Below are positions 1-9,963 of a DNA stretch of 64,000 nucleotides, in pieces. How positions within the stretch are numbered: position 1 is the first letter of the stretch; each line of letters starts with the position of its first letter. A program made the translations under genes and the position numbers. The stretch is taken from positions 224,001 through 288,000 of the forward strand of contig CBDCWC010000002.1 of NCBI GenBank assembly GCA_965223295.1, in the 5' to 3' direction. Origin of the DNA: Nitrospirales bacterium (GTDB lineage: Bacteria > Nitrospirota > Nitrospiria > Nitrospirales > UBA8639). Below the pieces are notes generated by a model that ran no database searches, was not told the DNA's origin, and was given only the letters and a program-made list of their open reading frames with translations.

Positions 1-2
1 GA

Positions 3-158
3 AGTAAAATTCCACTCCTTGATCCGTATTCGGGTAAGCCCACATTCTTGGCTCCACTGGTAGTTGAAGAACGAACTTTCCGATTCAAACTTCGTGTCAC
101 CGACATGAAGCTTGCCGATAGTCTGCCTGCCTTCGTCGACGTGGTGGTCAGTCCCTAA
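3..158 (+). CDS. 3' end of a gene running in from the left edge; PKD/Ig-like beta-sandwich C-terminus
   Basis: Manual translation SKIPLLDPYSGKPTFLAPLVVEERTFRFKLRVTDMKLADSLPAFVDVVVSP*, resembling the 'P+F+AP...F+L+VTD' PKD-like pattern. Confidence 0.55.
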   Translation, partial: SKIPLLDPYSGKPTFLAPLVVEERTFRFKLRVTDMKLADSLPAFVDVVVSP

Positions 159-354
159 GCGTGCTGTCTCTCTATCCAGAGTTTTCATCAATTGACCTGA
201 CTTCTCTACTATCATCTACTCTTCTGGCGAAAGAGTAAAGAAAAGCGTAGATGCTGTGTCGGTAAGTTTCCCACTTGGCTAAGGTCACTGATAGTCTGAA
301 AGCCGATAAAACGTATCGGTGCACGACAGCTTCGCTTAGGCTATTCCGTCTTGT

Positions 355-951
355 TCATGGCTTCCGGGTGTATGTGATCTCCATCATCTTCATTTCCTTT
401 GCGCCATGGTGAGCGCCGTACATGTCAAATGTCTGCGTATTCTCATCCACAAGCTTCCACACCGCGCGATGCGACATCGATCCTCCGCCCGGTTCATCAT
501 GCTGACCCTCTAACGTGATCGTCTTACCATCTGGGCTCGCTGAACCTTCCATGAGGAAAATTCCCGTGCCCATAGTGTCAAACCAGGCCGTGACATATTT
601 TTGTCGAAGGTTGTCGTAACCATCGATTCCGATTCCAGAAAAGGGTTGACCCATCATCTCACTGGTGAATTCTTGGAGGAGAAATCGCCCACCCAAAACC
701 ATTTTCATTACAGCGGTACCGGTTGATTCCGTAGGCGGCTTGCCAGAGTCCATCCAGGATTTGGTTATGGTCGTCCAGTTGCCTGCCAGACTTGCCAACA
801 ACTTATGCGGTTCTCCAGGCGTGGCCAATTGTTTGTACATCTCCATCATGGCTTGCGAATCATCTGGGGCATTTTCTTTATCAGTGGCTGTGGCAACGGA
901 CCCCAATGCCACCAAACACAGACAACTGAACATCATGGTTATGGAACGCAT
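355..951 (-). CDS. DUF1579 family exported protein
   Basis: Signal peptide, then PGEPHKLLASLAGNW, LGGRFL, GIDGYDN and WFDTMGTG motifs. Confidence 0.85.
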   Translation of the reverse strand: MRSITMMFSCLCLVALGSVATATDKENAPDDSQAMMEMYKQLATPGEPHKLLASLAGNWTTITKSWMDSGKPPTESTGTAVMKMVLGGRFLLQEFTSEMMGQPFSGIGIDGYDNLRQKYVTAWFDTMGTGIFLMEGSASPDGKTITLEGQHDEPGGGSMSHRAVWKLVDENTQTFDMYGAHHGAKEMKMMEITYTRKP

Positions 952-1081
952 AACCGACCTCCTTGTTTAATGAGTGGTAGATGAATTAATAATTCCCTTA
1001 TTGATGTTCCCGGTTATTTTTTCCTCCAAGAATTATTCTATCTTTTTTAACCTCTGAAGCGTGCTTACAAGGATTGATTCA

Positions 1082-1202
1082 GGAGCTGTTTAATAATTCA
1101 ATTTCACGTTACGAAAAGGCCTTGCTGGGACTCGACGCTGTTGATCGTCAAGAACTTCCTGGCGAAATATGGCTGTTGATGTCTTCATTATTCAGTACTC
1201 CC
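1082..1202. mobile_element. Family A element derivative: two different leader modules head-to-head, no core
   Basis: 1082-1120 matches the left end of the 42662 copy (ctgtt.aataattcaatttca.gttacgaaaa); about 1130-1202 is the reverse complement of the leader of the 20332 copy. Confidence 0.75.
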
Positions 1203-1271
1203 ATAGGGACAAGATATCCCAAATTCAAAAATTGCTAAAAACTAGGTCCTGTCGCCATAATACCTATCCTC

Positions 1272-3587
1272 ATGACTCATCCATCAATGCCCGGTGATTC
1301 CCAACTTTCCGATTCCAATCAGGTTTCTGCTCAAGAGCCAGGTGCTCATGAACGCGAAGAGACGCGAGAGCACTTAAAACGAACTCTTCATCATTTAGGC
1401 GAGCGAGTCAAGGAGCTTACGGCGCTCCATACCACGGCACGTCTGTTTCAAGAGGAAGGGCCTGTCGATCAATTACTTGAAAAAATTGTGGCGTTGCTAC
1501 CTCCATCCTGGCAATACCCGGAAATTACAGTCGCACGAATCCAGTTTGATCAGTTCACCATTACCACGCCAAATTTTCAATTGACCCCTTGGGTCCAACG
1601 TGCGGAATTCGTTTGCCAAAATAAAGTGCCAGGGAGCATTGAAGTGGTGTACTTGGAAGAGAAACCCCAGGCTGACGATGGGCCGTTTTTGGCTGAAGAG
1701 CGCCATCTTATTCATTCTCTTGCCGAAATGCTCCGAGTTCATTTAGACGGCAAGCGGTCTCATGAAGAACTTCGCAAATTATCCAAAGTCTATCAGGACG
1801 CCACGGATCCTATTATCATCGAAGATCTTCATGGGATTATTTTGGCTGTGAACCCAGAAGCAGAACGGGCATATGGATGGACCGCGAACGAATTGATTGG
1901 GCAATCCTCGATGAAGTTGATTCCTCCCGAATGGCAAGCTTTGGCTCAAGAACTCAGAGCACAATGCCATCAGGGTCAAGTGGTCAGAAATATTTCTGCT
2001 TGTCGGCAATCAAAATCTGGAGTGGTGAGTCCCGTGTTGGTCTCGCTTTCTCTTTTGACTGGAGAAACTGAAGAACCAACAGGTCTTGCCAGCTTTACCA
2101 AAGATATTTCGGAATTAAAACAAGCAGAAGCTGCGTTGAAAAAGGCTCACGATGACTTGGAAGAAAGAGTTCAGGAACGTACCGCTGAACTCTCGAAAGC
2201 CAATCAGTCGTTACAACTTGAAATTGGCCAACGAAAAGAAACGGAACAACGCTTGGAACAGGTGCTTCAGCAACTTCAACGAAGTCACGACGATCTTCAG
2301 GCGATCATGAATCAACTCAATATTGGCATGGTCTTGATCAATCGTGAGGGCACGATCATTTTTTTGAGTCGTGGTATGGAACAGATTTCCCGCAAACCGC
2401 AGGAACGTTTTCTTGGACACTGCTGGGAAGAGCTCTTTGACGATCAGGAAAGCATCCGTCTTTTGAAAGACATCATCGATCGTCCGCTTCATAAACGTGA
2501 TAGCATAACGGTGAAGATGCCAACTGTCTCGGGGGGAAGGATTTGTTGGGTTAAGGTTGATGTGCGTGAAGACCCAAGAGATTCACAGCAAAAAATCTTG
2601 TATTTGTATGACACGTCGGAAGTGGAGGATCTTCGACGTCTACTGGGAGAAGCGGAAAAATTCGAAGACTTAATCGGGAAAAGCCCCGAAATGCAAGTTG
2701 TGTTTCAACAAATACAGGAACTGGGCCGAGTCGATTCTACGGTCTTAATCGAGGGAGAAACCGGAACGGGCAAGGAATTGGTCGCGCGGGCCATTCATCG
2801 CTCAAGCCATCGTCATCGCGGGCCATTTATCGGAGTAAATTGTGCTGGGTTGACGGAATCACTTGTTGGAAGTCAATTGTTTGGGCATAAGCGCGGGGCG
2901 TTTACGGGAGCCGTCTCCGATCAGGAAGGCTTGTTCGAAGCTGCAGAAGGTGGAACGCTCTTTTTAGACGAAATTGGTGATATTCCTCTTCCCATTCAAA
3001 CCAGTCTGCTTCGGGTTTTACAGGAACGCGAAGTGACGCGTTTAGGAGAATCGAAACTTCGAAAGGTCAATGTGCGTGTGATTGCCGCCACGCATCATAA
3101 TTTGGCAAATGATGTCAAAGCGGAGCGGTTTCGTGCGGATTTGCTCTATCGAATTCGAGTTGGGCGAATCCTCCTCCCCCCGTTGCGGCAACGGCGGGAA
3201 GATATTCCCCTTCTCTCAAGTGCCTTTTTGGGGCAGTGCCGCGCCACAACTGGTCGACCTGTTGACATGATCAGTCATCAAGCCATACGACTGTTGATGG
3301 GATATTCCTGGCCTGGGAATGTGCGAGAGCTTCAACATGCGATTGAATTTGCGGTGATTCGAAGTCGTGATAACACGTTACAGGTCTACGATTTCCCCCC
3401 TGAAATTTTAGAGCAAAAGGACGTGACGCTCCTTCCCACAGGAAAAAATGCTCCTGTTCGGCATCAGGATACTCAAATTCTTGAGACCTTGGAGAAAACT
3501 GGTGGAAATCGATCTGCTGCCGCAAAGCTGCTTGGTATCAGTCGTGTGACCTTGTATCGGCGCCTTCATCGTCTTGGAATTCAGTAA
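1272..3587 (+). CDS. Sigma-54-dependent enhancer-binding protein with PAS domains and Fis-type HTH
   Basis: GETGTGKE Walker A, GAFTGA, FLDEIG, WPGNVREL, C-terminal HTH; PAS repeats upstream. Confidence 0.95.
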   Translation: MTHPSMPGDSQLSDSNQVSAQEPGAHEREETREHLKRTLHHLGERVKELTALHTTARLFQEEGPVDQLLEKIVALLPPSWQYPEITVARIQFDQFTITTPNFQLTPWVQRAEFVCQNKVPGSIEVVYLEEKPQADDGPFLAEERHLIHSLAEMLRVHLDGKRSHEELRKLSKVYQDATDPIIIEDLHGIILAVNPEAERAYGWTANELIGQSSMKLIPPEWQALAQELRAQCHQGQVVRNISACRQSKSGVVSPVLVSLSLLTGETEEPTGLASFTKDISELKQAEAALKKAHDDLEERVQERTAELSKANQSLQLEIGQRKETEQRLEQVLQQLQRSHDDLQAIMNQLNIGMVLINREGTIIFLSRGMEQISRKPQERFLGHCWEELFDDQESIRLLKDIIDRPLHKRDSITVKMPTVSGGRICWVKVDVREDPRDSQQKILYLYDTSEVEDLRRLLGEAEKFEDLIGKSPEMQVVFQQIQELGRVDSTVLIEGETGTGKELVARAIHRSSHRHRGPFIGVNCAGLTESLVGSQLFGHKRGAFTGAVSDQEGLFEAAEGGTLFLDEIGDIPLPIQTSLLRVLQEREVTRLGESKLRKVNVRVIAATHHNLANDVKAERFRADLLYRIRVGRILLPPLRQRREDIPLLSSAFLGQCRATTGRPVDMISHQAIRLLMGYSWPGNVRELQHAIEFAVIRSRDNTLQVYDFPPEILEQKDVTLLPTGKNAPVRHQDTQILETLEKTGGNRSAAAKLLGISRVTLYRRLHRLGIQ

Positions 3588-3617
3588 GCACCACTCTATC
3601 CCGCAAAAATTCAATAA

Positions 3618-3757
3618 GGGCACCTCTAAAAACTGTCCTTTTTCCCGATGGCGGCGTCAGCGGCGTGCTCAAATCCTCCTGTATTTCCATATACACCGCG
3701 GTTTTCCGCGCGCCGCTTCCTTGCCTCAGAAAAAATCATCAGTTTTTAGAGGTTCCC
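3618..3757. mobile_element. Family B miniature inverted-repeat element, copy 1
   Basis: TIR gggcacctctaaaaact/agtttttagaggttccc; near-identical to 5906-6046; flanks ataa/gtaa (3 of 4 match). Confidence 0.9.
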
Positions 3758-3770
3758 GTAAGTTTGTGCC

Positions 3771-3907
3771 TGTAACAAATGATACACATTGTTAACATAT
3801 CTGTAGCATTGTAAAGGTGATGTATTTACATGTTTATAGCAATAGATTTATAGAAGATATTGTAAATATTGATATTTTTAGTGATTTGTTTTGGCATAGA
3901 CATTGAT
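3771..3907 (+). promoter_or_regulatory. Putative sigma-54 promoter with upstream activator site
   Basis: TGTaacaaatgatACA (TGT-N10-ACA) at 3771-3786, AT-rich spacer, TGGCAtagacaTTGAt at 3892-3907 (non-canonical -12 GA); adjacent to an enhancer-binding protein gene. Confidence 0.6.
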
Positions 3908-3990
3908 GTACCTTGTTGTATGGAAATTGATATCAAGATCGTCACTGTAAACCCGTCTGATATTTTGACGAGTTGAAAGGAGAGCAAAAT

Positions 3991-4554
3991 ATGTTGAAAT
4001 CACCATTTGTCTTAGCTGCCATGTTTGTCGTCCTTGGGAATTCAGGCGTCTGGGCGGAAAGTACCAACCCAAATCACAAGGAATCTCTCAGGATGGTCAC
4101 CTTTCAAGATTTGTCAGTAACCGAGCGGGATGGAGTAACGCATCAAGAAAAGTTAGACCTTCTTCAGTCAAAGTTGCAGGAATTGGAAGCCCAAATGAAA
4201 CAGTTGCTGCCAGAAGCATCGCTTCAAGGGCAAGCCTCAAAGAATATTCCTTACGATTCCCACACTGTCAAAGTGATGCAAGGTTGGTCTTCGACTGATC
4301 ATTTACGTGAAGCCAATGTCAGTGAGCAAAACATGGTCTCTGTGGAAGAGAAGTTACAAAAAATTCAAAGCCGGCTTGATCGATTGGCTGCGAAGCCATA
4401 TTTAGATACGAAAGGCTTCAAACGTTCCGGTTTGAAAACTTTAAAAGGCCGTCTCACTCAAAAGTTGCATGAGGCCAGACAAAAAATTGCCTGGCATCGT
4501 TCACAAGCTCAAACGATTATGAGCTCAAAATCTCACCAGCCACAATCTTCCTAA
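3991..4554 (+). CDS. Exported coiled-coil hypothetical protein
   Basis: AAGGAG RBS before ATG 3991, signal peptide, helical coiled-coil character. Confidence 0.8.
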   Translation: MLKSPFVLAAMFVVLGNSGVWAESTNPNHKESLRMVTFQDLSVTERDGVTHQEKLDLLQSKLQELEAQMKQLLPEASLQGQASKNIPYDSHTVKVMQGWSSTDHLREANVSEQNMVSVEEKLQKIQSRLDRLAAKPYLDTKGFKRSGLKTLKGRLTQKLHEARQKIAWHRSQAQTIMSSKSHQPQSS

Positions 4555-4662
4555 AGCCTATCGTAAGCCAGAGCCCCTGCCGTTACCGGCGGGGGTGAAG
4601 TTTTGAAAGTACTTCAGAGAAACTCTTGGGAAGCCTTCTCCCTTAAGGTTTTTCGGAGGAGT

Positions 4663-4701
4663 GCAAGAGCTGACGCCTTAGGCGTCAGCTCTTGCTTTTT
4701 T
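4663..4701 (+). terminator. Rho-independent terminator
   Basis: Perfect 15-bp stem gcaagagctgacgcc-tta-ggcgtcagctcttgc followed by a T-run. Confidence 0.85.
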
Positions 4702-4709
4702 CAAGGGTT

Positions 4710-4899
4710 GGGTCTGTTGAAAAAAGCCGCCAGCGGCGTTCTCGCCCTTTTCCCGTGCTCACGTACTGCCCGTACGCTCCGCGCGCAACAATGGCTGTGG
4801 CCTTGCTGGACGACATTTTTGAACAGTCCCGACACTGTTGATCGCCACAGGTTTCCGGGCGAAATATGGCCCTTGATCACTTCATTATTCAACACTCCA
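4710..4899 (-). mobile_element. Family A element, full length, reverse orientation
   Basis: Ends gggtctgttgaa / ttcaacactcca; core and leader match the other copies; no target duplication seen. Confidence 0.9.
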
Positions 4900-4902
4900 C
4901 CT

Positions 4903-5838
4903 ATGCGGATGTTGCTTATTCAGGTTGTAGCGTCTGTGTTTGCATGCATCAGTTTTTCTGCTTGTGTCGGCAAATTTGAAACGAAGGACACGTTAACGGC
5001 AGAGTGCCAACGTCACTGGCAGCAGGAAGCGGGCATGGATACAGATGCGCTTCGTCATTCCTTATCTCGTGAGGGATGGCATGTCTTAGTGTGGAATATT
5101 CATGATCGGTTGTTGCCGGGATCGCTTATTTTAGGAAAAGGGCACTCGGAAGAAGACGTGGTGTGTATAGGGGATCTGGCCTCAAAGTTTGACTTGGTGT
5201 TGTTCCAAGAAGCCTTTGTGCGTCCAGCTCAGATCGCTCGCTATACCAACCATCGTTGGGCTGATCATCCTGTCTTTGAGGAAGGTGGTGGCGGGGATTG
5301 GTGGCCGTTGAGGATGATGTGTGAGATTTGTCTTACTCCAGGGCTGCTCATGCTCGCGCAGGAGGAACCTCAGTTTGTGTATGCTGAACCTTATAAGGCC
5401 TACGCTGGTTGGAATACCGACCTGAATAAAGCAGACGATTTCTTCTCAAAGGGATTTCAGCTGGTGCAATTCCCAGCCTTTTGGGTATTGAATAGTCATA
5501 TGGATTCCGGAAGAGGACAAGCCAGCATCGAGGCTAGGGTGATGCAATTTCAGCAAATTACGGCAGCTCTCAAAAGACTCGTTCCCGAGGATGCGCCGCT
5601 CCTCATTGGCATGGATTCAAATTTACGACCAGATCAAGAAGAACAAGATGAAGAAATCCTACAGAGGTTTCTTCAAGACAATGATTTGTCTTTGATGCGT
5701 CATAATGGACCAGATCTTATTGCGGCCAGATATCTTGGGCTAGAGAATGTCCAAACACTTCCCTCAGAAAACATTCTCAGCGATCATAATGCTCTGTCAG
5801 TGACAGTTTCAGTTGCCAACGAAAAACTAATAGACTAA
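4903..5838 (+). CDS. Endonuclease/exonuclease/phosphatase (sphingomyelinase-like) family lipoprotein
   Basis: LVWNI, DLVLFQE, SKG, NSHMD, GMDSN, SDH motifs; lipobox-like FSAC; start moved to 4903 because the upstream ORF extension is the repeat. Confidence 0.8.
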   Translation: MRMLLIQVVASVFACISFSACVGKFETKDTLTAECQRHWQQEAGMDTDALRHSLSREGWHVLVWNIHDRLLPGSLILGKGHSEEDVVCIGDLASKFDLVLFQEAFVRPAQIARYTNHRWADHPVFEEGGGGDWWPLRMMCEICLTPGLLMLAQEEPQFVYAEPYKAYAGWNTDLNKADDFFSKGFQLVQFPAFWVLNSHMDSGRGQASIEARVMQFQQITAALKRLVPEDAPLLIGMDSNLRPDQEEQDEEILQRFLQDNDLSLMRHNGPDLIAARYLGLENVQTLPSENILSDHNALSVTVSVANEKLID

Positions 5839-5905
5839 CGATAAAGGCGTTTCATTCGACTCTTGTTTCGTGTAGGAAGACCGGAAATATTCGAGTCAGA
5901 CTTCT

Positions 5906-6046
5906 GGGCACCTCTAAAAACGGTCCTTTTTCCCGACGGCGGCGTCAGCGGCATGCTCAAATCCTCATGTATTTCCATCTACACTGAGGTTTTCCGCGCG
6001 CCGCTTCCTTGCCCTCAGAAAAAATCATCAGTTTTTAGAGGTGCCC
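5906..6046. mobile_element. Family B miniature inverted-repeat element, copy 2
   Basis: Perfect 16-bp TIR gggcacctctaaaaac/gtttttagaggtgccc; 4-bp direct repeat TTCT on both sides. Confidence 0.92.
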
Positions 6047-6064
6047 TTCTGTGAAATCAATGTT

Positions 6065-6238
6065 TGGGCTGTTGAAAAAAGCCGCTGCTTATTCCGCCGA
6101 AGTTACTCGATAAGCTACGAAGGCTGAAAGCGGATTCGTGCAGGCGAGCGGACTTTTTGGAGTCGCCCCGAGGCTGATGGTAGCCGATGTTATCTTAAGG
6201 AAACTTATTTATGGTGTATTATGTTATTCACCACTCCC
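6065..6238 (-). mobile_element. Family A element, degenerate, core replaced by a REP-like insert
   Basis: Ends tgggctgttgaa / ttcaccactccc; 5-bp duplication ATGTT; 6066-6125 matches the reverse complement of about 14178-14237. Confidence 0.8.
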
Positions 6239-6555
6239 ATGTTGAAAGTTCGAGATGTGCTTCAAATTGACACCCCTCATTGTAATCGACCTAAGAGAAA
6301 ATTCTCTCGGAAAATTCAAAGAAAGAAATCAGTAAAATTTGTAGTAAATTTTCTCTTGGCGAAAGTATGACTGAGCATCAAGCCCCAAAGTTTTTTCTAT
6401 GCTGAAAAACATTTGGTGAGAGTTGTAACCCATAAGGGGTATCTATATTTATACGTAAAGGGTTTGAAAATAAGAAGAAATCAGGTAAAATTTTTCTATA
6501 CAGACAAAAGGTTTCTGATATCTGAAGTCGCGTACTCTAGAGAAAGGAGAAAGGT

Positions 6556-6825
6556 GTGAGTTTCAAAATCGGTGATTTCGTCATCTTCAGAAAACCGAAA
6601 AACTCAATCCATCCGACCCTTCGAGCCATACATGTTAAACCTGCTCGTCATGGAGAGACTTATCATTATTTCGTCGACAAGTTATGGAAAGTCGTCAATG
6701 TGTTCGATAATACGATTGAAATTGAAACTCGTCGCGGAAAACGCCACTGTTTAAGTATTGATTCTCCACAGCTACGTAAGGTCGGGCTTCTGGACCGCCT
6801 GTCTTTCCGAAATCGATTTTTCTAA
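6556..6825 (+). CDS. Small basic hypothetical protein
   Basis: AAGGAG RBS, GTG start, SH3/KOW-like beta composition. Confidence 0.7.
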   Translation: MSFKIGDFVIFRKPKNSIHPTLRAIHVKPARHGETYHYFVDKLWKVVNVFDNTIEIETRRGKRHCLSIDSPQLRKVGLLDRLSFRNRFF

Positions 6826-6898
6826 ATCCGGAGTTTAGCTTAACCGTATTCATCTTCCCACCCGATTTACCGTCGGTGGATTGAATGTTTGAGATGAC

Positions 6899-7780
6899 TC
6901 AAGGTTTTTTCTGTTTAGGCCAGCGTTCTTGAATGAGCTGTTCGACCGCAGACTGCATCTCTCGACATGGTAAGTGGATGCGCTCACCATGTCCCGGTAG
7001 TAACCATTCAAAGGAATAGTGGAGTAATTTTCTGACAGATTGTTCCAGTTGAGCCTCATTCCACACGAGGTTTTCCGGTGTCCCCAGTTGCTGGAGATCC
7101 CGATCCCACCATAGATGATCGCCTGAAAATAAATACCGATTCTTATATAACAAAGACATGCTGCCTGGAGTATGGCCTGGAACAGGAATACACATACATT
7201 CTGATTCGACTGGTACCGTATCCTGGCCTTTGACGATCTGTTCCGCATCCGGCATGGCATCGGCATCTGCCTCGTGGATCATACGAGTGGCTCCAAACAC
7301 TTTGGCATAGCGAGCTGCTTCAGCGACATCGTCTCGATGACTAAGAAAGATATATTGAATGCCTCCCAGATCTTCAAAAGCTTGGATGAGTTGCTTGAGA
7401 TAGCGAGGGGAATCGATTAGCCAGTTTCCCTTAGGATGTTTGATGAAATAACTGTGGGCGCCAAATGATTTTTCTGAGTTAAATCCCACATAGTACACGT
7501 TGTCTTCTAGTTTTAGTGGAAAGGAAGTTTGGGCTTTTGAGAATAGGATAGGATCGTTTTTGACGGTGCCGATGGATCCCACTGGACAGGCAATCAGGGC
7601 TTGGTACGCAGCGAATATGCCTTTTGAAGATTTTGGCTGCTGGAAAACGGTAGAATAGTTGTCGTCTTCAATAAACGTTGTGGGCGCCAATTGCCTGCAG
7701 GTATCGCAGTCGATGCAGGTGGAATCAACGAAAAAGTTCCCTTTAGCGTTGGTATCTAATCGCTTTGCCAGGTTAGCCAT
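6899..7780 (-). CDS. MBL-fold metallo-hydrolase with N-terminal ferredoxin domain
   Basis: CIDCDTC...CP, then SHRDD, PGHTPGS, FSGDH, LPGHG. Confidence 0.92.
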   Translation of the reverse strand: MANLAKRLDTNAKGNFFVDSTCIDCDTCRQLAPTTFIEDDNYSTVFQQPKSSKGIFAAYQALIACPVGSIGTVKNDPILFSKAQTSFPLKLEDNVYYVGFNSEKSFGAHSYFIKHPKGNWLIDSPRYLKQLIQAFEDLGGIQYIFLSHRDDVAEAARYAKVFGATRMIHEADADAMPDAEQIVKGQDTVPVESECMCIPVPGHTPGSMSLLYKNRYLFSGDHLWWDRDLQQLGTPENLVWNEAQLEQSVRKLLHYSFEWLLPGHGERIHLPCREMQSAVEQLIQERWPKQKKP

Positions 7781-7860
7781 GATCAGAATTTCTCATTCTT
7801 GGGAGTATACCCGTGAGTTAGAGATTCATCCACACATTCACTTTAGCTATGGAGGCATGT

Positions 7861-8295
7861 ATGCACAAGCTCACGTCTATTTTGGCCGTAGTAGTTCTGA
7901 GCGTTAGTTTTAGCGGGTGTAGTTACCTCTTCTACCCTCGCGCAGATGACTATGCTGCGAAAGCGAAAGGGGCCACGAGCGTTGATACTGTGATCAATCT
8001 CACGACGATGATGGAGGCGAGTGCGGAAGCATCGAAAGGTGGCCAGGGGTATGATCAAGCGTTAGACGATCTGCACAATCAATTTCATGCTTTTGACGAT
8101 TCGCTATGTTGTGTGGATGAAGCGAAACGGGCCACTCCCGCTTACGATTTAGCGGTAACCCATAATAAGGAACTATGGGCTATTTTTAAACGGGTCTGGA
8201 AATTTAAGGATACCCAGCCTCAACGGGATGAACATCTGGCGCTATTTAAGACAGAGGTCCAAGAACTTCGTACGACCCTTGAGGCCTTGAAATAA
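7861..8295 (+). CDS. Hypothetical lipoprotein
   Basis: GGAGG RBS, lipobox FSGC, helical body. Confidence 0.8.
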   Translation: MHKLTSILAVVVLSVSFSGCSYLFYPRADDYAAKAKGATSVDTVINLTTMMEASAEASKGGQGYDQALDDLHNQFHAFDDSLCCVDEAKRATPAYDLAVTHNKELWAIFKRVWKFKDTQPQRDEHLALFKTEVQELRTTLEALK

Positions 8296-8474
8296 TCAAG
8301 ATGTACATAGTTATCCTCCGTAGGTGGTAAACCAGTGTACGTGAATACGCTTACATCAGGCATGAGGTTGGGATGTGGAAAGAATTTTCGGACTTTGCCG
8401 TAGCGATAGATCCGTCTTAACCTCTTGTCTCATTGTTGCAAGTAAACGTTGATGAATGAGTTTGTATCGTCCGA

Positions 8475-9224
8475 TCAGGTATAGCGAGTATAGGTGCTCC
8501 GTTTAGGCGGGCGTGATTTAATGACGACCCCAAGTAATAGCCCAAGAAGTACTAAGCCGCCACCGTATACAAGCCATTCGCGTTGAACGTTTTCCTCTAG
8601 TCGCCTGTTTTGATCAGATAGTTCGTCGACTTGAGCAACTAAACGCTGGTTCTGCTTTGTAAGCTCAACGTTGAGGGTATGTTCATGGATTGGATCGGCT
8701 GATACTCGCTTCAGTTCTGCAAGTTCTTTAGTCAGGGTTTGTACCTGCGAATTCAGTGTCCGGTTGTTTGTCTGAGTTTTTGTGTGTTCAGCTTGTAGGT
8801 TGGCAAGCGCTTCGCGTTCTTTGTCAAATTTGACTTTGAGATTTTGAAGACGTTTTTCGGAAGCCGCCAGTTTAACGCGGGCAATTGGTTCCTGGACGAG
8901 ATACTGAGAGGTGACCCAACCTTCCAGTCCACCAGCCGTCCGAATTTGGGTAAACCCGGCCTCTTCGTCGATTGCGAGAATGGTCAATTGCGTCCCGCTT
9001 GGTAGTCCACGATGTAGGATGCGATGTGAGGTGGAAGGCCCACTGCGTAACGGCACATTCAATACGTCAGAGATGTAATTGGTGTCTCCAATTGCGGCTA
9101 AAGATTGTGTGGCCAGCGACAGAAAAGAAAACAATAAGAAGACGAGAGAAATCAAAATTTTCAAAGTCGGTAACCTCCTTGTATTGTCGGGTATCTCGAA
9201 AAAGGAGTTCTTCCTGCGAATCAT
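8475..9224 (-). CDS. TIGR04211-type SH3 domain protein (YgiM-like)
   Basis: YISD...LRSGPS SH3b domain, coiled coil, C-terminal TM with GGG. Confidence 0.88.
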   Translation of the reverse strand: MIRRKNSFFEIPDNTRRLPTLKILISLVFLLFSFLSLATQSLAAIGDTNYISDVLNVPLRSGPSTSHRILHRGLPSGTQLTILAIDEEAGFTQIRTAGGLEGWVTSQYLVQEPIARVKLAASEKRLQNLKVKFDKEREALANLQAEHTKTQTNNRTLNSQVQTLTKELAELKRVSADPIHEHTLNVELTKQNQRLVAQVDELSDQNRRLEENVQREWLVYGGGLVLLGLLLGVVIKSRPPKRSTYTRYT

Positions 9225-9963
9225 TGTGTGGGGTGATCACCGTGAATATGAAAGATCAATGCCCTGAAGAACCACGCGATAAGTAGCAAAGGAGACGCGA
9301 GGTGTCAATGATATCAAGCAATCGGCTCGTAAAAATAAACGGGATGCAGCAAAAAATAGTCCCATTAATCATTTTATCTTATTTGTTGCCTTCACTTTTA
9401 CTACAATCTTGGAGATTTGAAAACGCACTTCCCACTGATCTTTATCAAAATACGTTGAAATATCATTCTTAAAGCCTGCCTTAGCGCCTCTCTATTGTAT
9501 TTATGCTTCGAATACCCTGCTAGGCCTCAAGCTTTTGAATTGATGAATCACTCTTGTTAGCGATTGGTCTCAAGCTGGCAAGATCTTAGTCGAATCCGCA
9601 CTTGTTTCCTGAGCGCTGGGACGAGGTCGTTTGTGAACTAAGGATTTCTTTTTAGCCACGTATTATTGTGTGGGCTAAGATGGGGAACCACACTGCGGGT
9701 TCAGGTTCACGTCCAAGAGATAGATGATTGTTAAATAGGATAGAGGTGTTCTGTCCCGATGCATTTTAGGAAAAACACAAAGACTGCAATTTTTTGATTG
9801 ATAGAAAATTATATAAATACAGAAATAATTCATTGAGAACGATTCACGCCAATTAATGGATAGATTTGTTCGGTGAAGGATGGGAGTAAGATTTAAGTTG
9901 AATCTGCCCAAGATTGCCCTTTCTATACTTTACTTGCATCGAGAGCTCTTATGTAGGCACATC

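Noticed and set aside
4603-4902. 100-aa N-terminal extension of the EEP protein in the ORF track
   Set aside because: It translates a terminator and the repeat; the signal peptide begins at 4903.
3574-6054. Short ORFs 3574-3795 and 5863-6054 sharing RA...QKKSSVFRG
   Set aside because: The similarity is just the family B repeat; their starts and frames are inconsistent.
9300-9960. Long intergenic region as an ncRNA or hidden gene
   Set aside because: Only weak hairpins and short AT-rich ORFs; nothing supportable.
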